A stretch of 64,000 bases of DNA, from positions 587,291-651,290 of the forward strand of contig NMRA01000080.1 of the NCBI GenBank assembly GCA_002633005.1, in the 5' to 3' direction. The notes beneath the pieces are model-generated. The model had not been told where the DNA came from, did not search any database, and worked only from the letters and a program-made list of their open reading frames with translations. Shown in pieces: positions 26,401 through 38,186 of the stretch (position 1 is the first letter of the stretch; each line of letters opens with the position of its first letter). The translations under genes and the position numbers were made by a program. This DNA comes from Phoronis australis (lineage: Eukaryota > Animalia > Phoronida).

Positions 26401-29400
26401 ACATTTACGTTGCTGACCAAGAGACTCATAATATTTATGTGTTTCAGGAAACACACAAGTCATGCATGAAGGTGATTAAGCCCTCTGGATGCACTCTGAT
26501 CACGCCAGATTTCCTCACCATCAATGGCAAAAAGGAACTGATTGTTTCCGATGCTGGAGATGACAGTATTAAAGTGTTGAGCACCTCGGGCCAAGAAGCC
26601 AGCCTCTTGTTCCAGTATGGCACCCGTGGTTCCGACTGGCATCAGCTGAAGTTTCCTCGCGGAGTTGCCTCCAACAGCAGGTTTGAAATCTTTGTGGCCG
26701 ACTGCTACAACGACCGGGTGATCGTGCTCAACATGGACGGCAGCTACAAACAGACTCTGCTGACCTCAGCAGACAGTCTTGTCGAGCCCCAAGGATTGGA
26801 ATTGACGAAAGATGGGAAGTTAATTGTTGCCACAAAAAATGGTGACCTTTTGATTTATCAAGTCAAAAAAACATCCGGGTTTTGTGTTATCTTATAGTAA
26901 AAGTGTTTGTTGTGTGTGATCAGTTCCAACATCAAAAGTTAGTAAGCAAAACTCACACAAGTCTGATTCTACTGGAACAAGAAATTTAAATGAATAAGAA
27001 AAAAAAAACATTTATCTTAAGGCTCTGTTATAGCACATAGCTTTGTCTTCAGTGAAGATCCGACTTACGCGAGTTGTTTTTATGATAAGCCGTAGCTAGA
27101 TATTTGTGGAGACTCACCTCTAGTTCTGTGTTTGACCGTACATCCAGCACGTGTACTCTCTCTTGCATGTCCAGCGTCAACAGAGTTCTAGTGTTGATCC
27201 ACTGGGAAACAAGAGGTTACAGTGCAATAACATGCCATCAGTTTTAAAACAACTGAGTTTAACGCCCACATAAAATGCTTTCTAACCCTTTCTGGGCTCA
27301 ACTCCTTAATATCGTGCATTTATATTTTTAAAAATAAAAAAGACAGCCCTTACAAATCCGTAATGAAAATAAGGAAAGGAAAATTTTTAGACCTGATGAA
27401 TTCTGTAAGCCTCAACATGTGGCCAAATCTGTTAGTCAACTGCTAAGATTTCTGTGTATCAATGTGTTCAGTGGATTGTTAATACTAGGCACCATGACTG
27501 TGGCTAATCATTATGAATAAATGAACTTTTTAAATGCTGTACTGATAATAATAACTTCTCAATACAATGAACGTTATATTTCCATGTCACAGCATTTATT
27601 AGCTCTTTAGACTTAATCTGAAAGTGGCATATTAATTTTAAAAATATTATTTATAAACAATGTTTAAAGTTTTTAAATCAGGTGATTGAGTTGAGACCGG
27701 GACAAGTTGCATAATATGTTGTAGATTGGGAAGACGTCCACAAAGAGACTAATTTAGAATAGGTCTGTTTTCAGAAACAAAATCAAACATCCAAAATGAA
27801 ATCAATCCACTGTTCTCTGCACAGATGAATGATGTTCATGTTTTGATGTTACGGTAAGATGACTTTTTTGTGGATTTGTCCACAAAGCATTTCAATATTC
27901 CATGCTGTGTTCTGAGAGTTGAACTTATTTAGTGCATTCAAATTCTTAAAAAGGTGCCATAACATGATAATGGTCGACTGTACAAAAATAACTCAGTCTT
28001 TAACACAGGGTTTATGGCAACGGCTATTTCGTCATAACAGTATTGGGTAAGAAACTTTGGTGAACAAATACGAGTGTGTCAAAAACATTCTGTGTCTGTT
28101 AGAAATGTGATTATTATTTATCCTTGTTTGAAGCAAGGCATCAAGTTGCTCACCGTAATAGAGAGAAGTTTGTATGATTTGTTCATCTCTTGTAGCTTTT
28201 TAAACCTGATGTCCTCAGGACTGTTGCAAATAACCTAGAAATGAAGAGAAATGTTATAATTTAGGAGCTGCAATATAAATTTTATGTTCAAGTTAAATTT
28301 TTAATAGATTTGTGATTTACATTCAACAACCTGGTTGTTATCACATACACTTTGTGAACCTGTCAGTTAATGTCATTCAATTATAATTTTGATGTTTGGG
28401 GATTTTTGTGTTATCAGATTATCAATTTTGCTATGTTATAGGTAAAAACAGATGGCCACAGGTACAACGCAAAGAAAATTCCAAAACGCGCAAGACTGGC
28501 TAGCAATCAGCGAATCATAAACTCAGTATAACAGTGTTAACGACTCATCAGAAATCTGTGCTTTGAGTGAGAGCATTTCTGAATGTTGAATGTGAATGGC
28601 TTCCCACAGTTAATTGCCATCGCCTGAAACTGCGTGAGGCCATTCACATTCAGTGTTCGTAAACGCCCTCACCCAATTCACAGGTTTCCCATGAATTGTT
28701 GACATTGTTACACTGAGTTCTGATTCGCTGATTGCTAGTCAATCCTGTTCTGGTATTTTTGTGTTTTGGAATTTTCTGTGTATTGTACCTGTAGCCATCC
28801 TACCATCCACTCTCTGAATAAAGCTTGACAATGTTTTACCGCCGAAACATGTCGCTACATTTTAGAAAAGTTGTTGTCTTTATTCAAACTTTACTTGTGT
28901 TCGTTAGTGCGAGATCTTTTGGTAAAACAGAAATGTCAGCTCTCCAAAGAACTGTTATGTTATGAAGCCACATCAAAGTTGTAACAGATACAGAACACAA
29001 TCTGTCAACACAGACTAGAAATTTCAGCTAATGTTCCGTTGTGAAACTAGCCAATCACTAGTTGTGAAAACAGCACATTGCCGAAAGCAAACAGGCTGTC
29101 ATCCAGACGAGGGAGACTCTTGTCTGGTGGCCAAATACTTGATGGGGTTTCTACTTGGGGCATAGCAGATTTAAGCTACATATCAACTTAACATCACTGT
29201 GAGATTTTCAACTTTTTCAGGCTGTGATAACACAAGTAGTAAGAGACCTTTCCACAGCATTGCAAGTAGTAAGTGACCTTTCTACAACTTGCTGCAGAGT
29301 AAAAGGACTTCCTGATACGTCCTCCCTGCCTAAATTTGGCTAAAATTTTCATCGGATATATAGGTCTTCACAACACTATTAAGTGATTGAACAGTCAAAG

Positions 29401-32400
29401 TAAAGCTTCGGAGCATTTATCTCTCAAGCATCCTTGTTGTGAATAAACCACAGTCAATCAGAAGACACCAAACCTGGTAGAAATAGATTGTAGATTCCCG
29501 AGCAAACGCCAGCACTGGGTCGATAACTCGATCTACTTCAGACACTTGAATGATGACAAACTGCCAGGCCAAGAGTGGTAGTGTTGACGGGTCGCCCTTC
29601 AAGGGGTGGGTAAACTTGACCTTGAGATCCGGTTTCAAGGTCACAATCAGCACCTGGAAAAAATGGTGTTATAGAAAGATTAAGTTGACGTGCGTAACAA
29701 GAAAATATCTGAGATTGTTACAATCCCCTTGGATTAGGTTCGGGACATTAACAGATCTTGGCCTTCGTGAATTTGCTGTGAAATGTTCCGTGACACGAAG
29801 AATCTGAAAAGTGTAACATGCAGCCAACTTGCGAGTTGACCATCTTTCAAAGAAGAGATAATGAAAAATTTTGAATAAAGATCCCTTTTGGAACCAAAGA
29901 ACCTGATCTGTTATGGGATTCCCTCTGACATTAGGGAATCTCCGATACTGTTTTTATCGTTTTATTCTACGACAGTGGTGAATCAAGTTCGTGAGATATG
30001 GACGAAACGGCTTTACACTTACTACATAAAGGTACGGTTCTTTGGTTCCATAAGGGATCTTTACTCGATATTTTTCATCATTTAAATGTAACCCAGTAAT
30101 ATACCTAGTATAAATAATATTCTTTGTGAATCATTTTAGGAAGCACTACTTGCACAACATCAGAGAACTCGCATGCAACATAATGATTTGTCACCTTTGA
30201 GAGAGAAGCCATGGCCAAAATCATGACATCCTTCATGGGGTGGTCTTTAATAGTGTAATTCATATGAAGTGGCTCCAGGCTACAGACTTCACCTCGACTG
30301 TAACATCAAGCCATAATGATTAATATCAAGTCATACTGGTTCATATCAAGTCACACTGATTAATATCAAGTCATATAGATAAATATCAAGTCATATAGAT
30401 TAACATCAAGTCATATTGATTAATGTCAAATCATAATGATTATTATCGAGTCATATTGGTAAATATCAAGTCATATTGATTAACATTAAGCAGAAAATGA
30501 AGCATTTTGCCATTTTTGTCCATAATTAATGTTGTAGTTTTTGACATAGAAAGGTGCCAAAAACAAAAACTCCAATACCATATGGCACAGACCTTTTTAC
30601 TAAATGACTTATTTACCAAGTTGAACTGAAATGTTACTTTACTTCGGATAACAAGTGATTCACCTTCCAACAGAAAACTTAACTTCAGAAGTAACTAATT
30701 ATGTTCATGTTATTTCACTTGAAACATGTTGCACAAAACAAATTCAACTTATAAGGTCAACAAGATCGACAAGTCAGGTGAGTATAGCACATACCTTCCA
30801 GAAAACAGGCATTTTGATTCACAAGTTCTCACACCAATCAGTCGCCTGAAGATAAAGGTAAATCAAAAATGAGACTGCGTAATGCATACGAAATCATAAA
30901 CATTTTTCTATTGAGTAGCTTAATGATATGAAGATAACACATTATTAGATCCTAAAGGATCAGTGGTATGTTCCTCTATGCGCCTGATATAGTAAAAATC
31001 CTATTACATGTAGTTGATTACAAGCAAGATAAAGATTGTTTATGATAAAATATAAATGTACACCGTACCGTACAGTAAGAGACAAACTTGTCAAGAATGT
31101 TTATAACAGAGACCAAGTGCATTTACTGCTGGACCATTCAGTTCTCAAAATAGTGCATTATTCATGACTACAGCAATGTGCAAATGGGAAAACTTTTCCT
31201 GTAACGAATACACCACAGCAAGACCAAATACTGGAGAAAAATTTGATGCGGGCAAACCCATGGATTTTTTTCAAAATAAAACCAAACATTTGTACACAGA
31301 AAGCATGAATTCAAATTAGGTTAAAACATTCAAAAAACTGCAAGTTCACATTTTTTTTTTCAAATAATGCACCCTACAGCTGGGAAGACATTTCACATTT
31401 TCAATGTCAGTGCTGTGCTGGGCAAATACCCGAGGTGTCAGAGTGAGAGTACCCGGGGTGTCAGAGTGGAAGGATGGAGTGCTTTCCATTCATTACCTCA
31501 TTAGGAAGCTGTCACTAAACAGCAATATAATTATGTAAATAAGTACGAACTCAGTCAGCACACCACACAGTAAAGCAACTGTTATCAATAGGTTAAGTCT
31601 GCTACAATACTAACAATCAAGTATTACTGAATAGCAAAGCTAAATCAGTAACCATCTAAAATACACAGAGCAATATCTGATAACTGCCTGTACTGTGAGT
31701 GAACCTCTCCTTCACTGGACATATTTACCAATTGACCTATTGCGAGCTCCGCCCCTTCGTCGACAAACAAACAAATAAGTTACCCAACAACGTGTTGTTT
31801 GCGGGGTAAAATGGCAGCTTAGAAACAAAGGTGTGTCAAGAATGCTGCATTCTAATTGATCAGTTAAGCCGTCAATCAAAATCTTGGCAATACGTCAATT
31901 ATTTGATGAAGTTTATTGGGTATTTGGTAAGACAAATCAACAGTAATGGTTTGAAATGACTAACAGGTCTATCTCCAAACGTTACTAGTGGAACAAACAC
32001 ATTGTTTGTGAATCTTTATTGCAAACTTGTACTTCGTGCAATTTTCATAAACAATGAAGATAAATTAAAATTAACTGACAATGACAAGGCCTTCGTGAAG
32101 AACATGGAATCTACACTGATGGAATGGAAACAATGAATTGTATCTCATATTTCAACATGCCAGCCTCACCGACCAATCAGTGGCCACCATTCTGCAAGAA
32201 TAAACTATTTGACTCATGATTTTGGGTGACCTTGCATTCTCTGGTTTTCCACAAGATTCTTGCGCCTATGGAATGCCCCCCCACCCCCCGGCATGGATGC
32301 GATGAAGCTCCCATTTACCCACATGTACAAGGTTTGCCTCTGACAATGTCAGTATGTCGTATTTTACCAAAACTACCAAGCATCATTTTATGAAAAATTA

Positions 32401-32726
32401 ATTGGAACTTCGTTATCAGAGATGACATGAGTTTTATCACTTTAAGGACGTTATCTAAAACTAGTCTTCTCATGAAATCAAATATTCTAAGCACTCTTAG
32501 CAAATCTTACTTCATTTCCAACTCAAACACTGATCCCCCACTGTCGCTGCACACTGCTATCGTCAATTCATCGGTGAACTGAAACCAAAAATACCTTAGG
32601 TAGCTTAACAGTACTGTCAAAAGTATTATGACATGGAAATGACATTGTGTTCCTACAGGTATACAACAACAGGTCGACTGAGATTACTATCAATATTATC
32701 ACCCCAATCATGGAATAAAAACACAC

Positions 32727-32757
<31 letters not shown>

Positions 32758-35700
32758 CATCGACAAGCAGACATGCACACACACGTTCATACAAGTGACA
32801 GCAATATCATGCAAATATCACTTACTGAAAACTTTGCAGCAAACACAAAAGAAATCTATGACTGCACTCAGTTTACAGTGCACTGGGGCAATAACATTAA
32901 TTAAACTGATTCTCCATTAAAATACTTTTCAGATCTGCCATCTCCAAACTTTTCCAATACTACTTAAGACATAACGCCATACCTGTCTCTAAAATAAAAT
33001 AACTAACACAAATTTAAAGAAACCAAAACCTTAATGGGAACTGCTCTCTGATCTAACTGTAACATCATTCAGTAAGAAGATTAGAACTCTGGTTTGTTAA
33101 AAGGACACCAAACCCGGTTTTGGCCTATTAACAGTTACTAACAACAACTTTCCCATCAAGTTCNATTCTAAGCACTCTTAGCAAATCTTACTTCATTTCC
33201 AACTCAAACACTGATCCCCCACTGTCGCTGCAGACTGCTATCGTCAATTCATCGGTGAACTGAAACCAAAAATACCTTAGGTAGCTTAACAGTATTGTCA
33301 AAAGTATTCTGACATGGAAATGACATTGTGTTCCTGCAGGTATACAACAACAGGTCGACTGTGAGATTACTATCAATATTGTCACCCCAATCATGGAATA
33401 AAAACACACACAGACACACAGATACAGACAGACACAGACAGACAGACAGACAGACACAAAGACAGACAGACACACACACACACATACAGACAGACACACC
33501 GACAAGAAGACATGCACACACACGTTCATACTAATGACAGCAATATCATGTAAATAACACTTACTGAAAACTTTGCAGCAAACACAAAAGAAATCTATGA
33601 CTGCACTCAGTTTACAGTGCACTGGGGCAATAACATTAATTAAACTGATTCTCCATTAAAATACTTTTCAGATCTGCCATCTCCAAACTTTTCCAATACT
33701 ACTTAAGACATAACGCCATACCTGTCTCTAAAATAAAATAACTAACACAAATTTAAAGAAACCAAAACCTTAATGGGAACTGCTCTCTGATCTAACTGTA
33801 ACATCATTCAGTAAGAAGATTAGAACTCTGGTTTGTTAAAAGGACACCAAACCCGATTTTGGCCTATTAACAGTTACTAACAACAACTTTCCCATCAAGT
33901 TCTCTAAAACAAAATAATGCTCTGTAACCCTCAAAAGTTTGAATTAAATTTTAGAAACTCTACCAAGTCAGCTCAACAGGACAGCGTGACATACACCTTA
34001 AGAGAGTTACACGACAACCGTAGGGAAGGACCACCCACCAAGAACCACAACATCCATTTTGTGATGCAGTGAATAAGCATTTTAATTGAATTGTGCTTGT
34101 ATCGCTCAAATGAGATGCCAATGTTGCCTTTAGCAGGGTACAGCAAGGGATTGGTTAGTCACAAAAACGGGTTTAGTATCCCTTTAACAGGGCTCAATTG
34201 AGTCCCACAGTGACAGGGTACCTTGACATGAAGCACCGCGGTACCAGGAGGGTGAGCATCGGTGATGGTACGAAGCAGCTTACCACTGGTCAAGTCCCAC
34301 ATAGTTATCTGTAAATGGTATCATGGCAATGATAGGATATTCATGACAGATTTCTTTATTATTACAATAAAAAATTATCATTACTTCAATAATAATTATA
34401 ATATAGTTATAACAATATTGATAATAATAATTATGATAATTCTCACGTCAATTCAAATATACCAATTAAATTTACTAATACGAAGGATGACTGACAGACA
34501 AAAACACACATCTAACTTTCCGAAGCTGATCTAAGACCAATTCTTTACAAGAATTAGCTCCATCACTGCTTGGTCCAACAACTGTAATTTACCTGACCCT
34601 TGGCGAAGCCACACAGCAGTCTAGTACAGTCCCTGTTGAAGCCCAACGCAGACACAGCACCATACTGAGCACCGACAGCAGTGCTGCCGAGACACCATTT
34701 GAGCACCTGCTGGGGGTCTGAAGTCGAACAGAGCAAACGAGTGTTGACAAATAACGGTATAACCACTAAGCTTTCATCACTTAGAGCAGGAAGTAATTTG
34801 TTATTATTACTACCACTTATGAGAACAATTTATTATCTACAATATAGCAGGTGTAATAGATTTACTATTTGAAAGAAAATTGGTGGCAGTTAGGGCGACT
34901 ACAATCATGGTTCCATGGTTTGTACAGAATTCTGGTCACAAAATTCAACAGCTTTTCTGATACTTTTGGACAATATTCAAGGACTTTTCAAGGCCCTACC
35001 AGACAAGAACATTAAGCCTTAAGATTGCGACTGGTAGTATTTGAATGGTGAGACCACGTTCTTTCATGACTTATTTGTACTTAATATCAAAATGACTGAG
35101 GAGATGGTTTAATATTATCCATTTGTAGCACACATTGTTTTAAGCAGTCATTGGACAAATGTGAAACAAATAAAGACCTCATATTTCAGACGCCTAAATA
35201 TAATGCTTTCCAACAATTTCTGGGCTTCACTCCAGTAATTGGGCGATACATTTCTCATGACAATCTGATTTACAAGGACTTTTAAACACCTTGGTTTAAG
35301 TTTGAGGCCTCTCCACAATACGGTTCAACTTCAAGAAATTTTCAAGACCTTGGTTTAAATTCAAGGCCTCTACAAGACCACGGATCAAATCAAAAAAAAA
35401 ATTAAGAGCTTGGTAAAAATTCAAAGACCTTTCATGACCTTTGTTCAAATTCAAAGACTTAAGACGTTGGTTGAAATTCAAAGACTTTTCAAGAGCTGTG
35501 CAAACCAGAAGCTCATAATGCATCACTTACCAAACACCAGTACTAGACCATGTGCTGTGCCCACGGCAATCAGAGATGACACAGCCATGGCTGAGGGTAG
35601 TCCGGCATCAACACGGTCCTACAACAGGAGAGATGGCCAGGATGACTTTAGATACAGTGTCACTCAACCATGCATTTACACGGATTGTCTACAGCCGATT

Positions 35701-38098
35701 ATCATATCAGTAAAATAATATCCGAACCGTCGAGTACTTTGTTTAGATTTCTCATTGCAAACTTGACTTATTTTTTTTGTGAAATCAAATGCTGTTTTTT
35801 TATTGCTTCATAACTTCAGTATGTAGCTTTAAGTCAAGTCATGTTAAGTTAATACTAGTCTCTTAAAGACAGTTTTAATAACAGTGAACTTTAGACAATA
35901 ATAGCTCATTTCACCGACTACAAAATATCACAAGGTAAAATAAATAAATTTAATACTACAAATAAAACAAACAAGGAAATTCAGGCAATTTTTGGTGTTA
36001 TTTTTACTACAAAATTTATAATACAAAACTCCAGTTTCAACATTAATAAGAGATTCCCTAAAAATCATTAAGTGTACACGCAACAGAACAGAAATGCCAT
36101 ACTAGAGTTGAATGGACAAACTGTCTTGTTTGTGCAGTACATGTCACTGAGAAAACACAATGACCAACTACCCATATAATCCCAGTTTGTTCAGTGAAAC
36201 AGATGAAGAAACACAACAGATACGTGAATTACGGACAGTTATTACGATGCAGAGGACAAATAATTAACCTTACACATGTCATCTAAGATAGCCAATTGTT
36301 TGTAACTTCCATGAAAATAACACCAAAAATGTTGGCATTCCCTTTAAGACATTTTGAAGTGCTTACAGCTGCAGATGCCAGTTGACCAGAGATCTGCTTC
36401 AGAGCCACCGACCGCAGAATAGGACCGTGCTCGTCATACACTACACTCTTCTTGGGTCTAAAAGTAGTCAGATATCACACGTGTCACTGCTGAAAATTGA
36501 ATTTGTTTTTTGGAATTGTAGAAAAAATAAGTCATCAAGTCATTCAAAGTGAATTCTTTGATAATGAGGAATTTTTTAGAAATGAAAAGAAATGCAATTT
36601 TCCACAATCACAAAATTATTGATCTGAGCTTATTTTTTGTGTGCAGCTTTATTCAAATAAATACTGAATCTTTTGCCAATTGCTCGCTAGTGAACAAGAA
36701 TTTAAACCTAAACAACCGCAAATGTGGACTCTCATTTCACGCATTCATCCAAGGCACGGAGATAAAGCTCGCTGTCAAACGAACAAGACAGTCAAAGAAG
36801 AGAATTGAAACCAGGTAACAGCAGTGACAGGCCACAGCAATGACAGGTCACAGCAGTGACAGAAAAAACGTAAACAATTAACAGCTATTTACAACAACTA
36901 AATTTCAAAACACGCAGATTTTAATTAAGTTGTCAATATCAAGGAGAAACTACAAGACAGAGAATGAAAAACTTGACAGACAAACCTTTTCTTCTTTTCT
37001 TCCAGCGAGTCATGGCTTGACATAGATGTAGTTTCTGCAGTATCTTCTTGTAGGAAGAGTAGGTCATCGTCAGTAAACACCTCCTCATTATCGGGCTATA
37101 GGAAAGTATAAGATTTAGTGACCAAAGTACATAAAAGCCCACCCCATGCTAATTAGGTCAAGCCAAAATTCAAAATTTCAAGTCTAAAGTTGTAAAGTTA
37201 GCTGTGATAAAGGAATCTTTCCATTGAAGTGAGCTCCATTCGGACCATAATAACGCTATCATACCTAATTAGGAACACTAACTGGCAGTATTACAGAACC
37301 ATTTATATAACCAGTTACACCACAAAGCATGAACCAATGAAGCAATCAGTTTTAAGAGATGGCAATGCATAAGGTTTTAAAAGTTCGCTCTGTTTCTTGC
37401 AGACATATCTTGCATAATATCAATCGGGAATACGTCAATGCATACAACATATATATTCAGTATTATTATAACATAAGTACCTCACTGAACCATTTGGCTT
37501 GATAAGATGTTAGGAGACAGAAGCAGGATTAATTTTGTTACAAACCTCACTGAGAATACTTTCAAGGGATTGTGGGGTGTCCACCTTAGGTATGTCGTTT
37601 TCGATTTCCCCGAGCTGTAATTTAACAAAAAAAATTCCTACGTCACAATTGTTTGCCCATTGAAACACATTCGAAGCTATTAAAGTGGCTATAATTCAGC
37701 ATTCCACCAAAGAAGCAAACTTTTGATTCAGATCACTTATCGCTCTTAATTTTAACTTGTTCCTTGGTCTGATGAAAAGTGGCTTTGGGTTTTCAAATTA
37801 CTGAAAGTTTGTTTTTCTTTGAGACTATGTTAAGCAAATAACATGACCTGCCTTGACAAGTCAAATTATGAAGCCTGTTCTGAAGCAAAAACAAACTGTT
37901 AATTTTTATCCGAGTCCAGAAACCATGTCTAATTTCACTAAGGAACAATTTGAGACCAATTTTATTATGATGAGTGGTCTAAATCAAAAGTTGGTCTTTG
38001 TGATAGAAGTCAGTTTATACCCAATTTGAGAAAGGTATTACTCATTCATCCCCATAGAATACATTTAAAAACATTCCACCACACACTGAGCTCAATCT

Positions 38099-38186
<88 letters not shown>

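Noticed and set aside
32484-33903. Apparent tandem duplication of VPS8 exon 8 (32511-32578 and 33192-33259)
   Set aside because: Near-identical copies meet exactly at a single N (33164) and differ only by SNPs and microsatellite length: uncollapsed haplotype overlap at a scaffold join, not a mutually exclusive exon pair.
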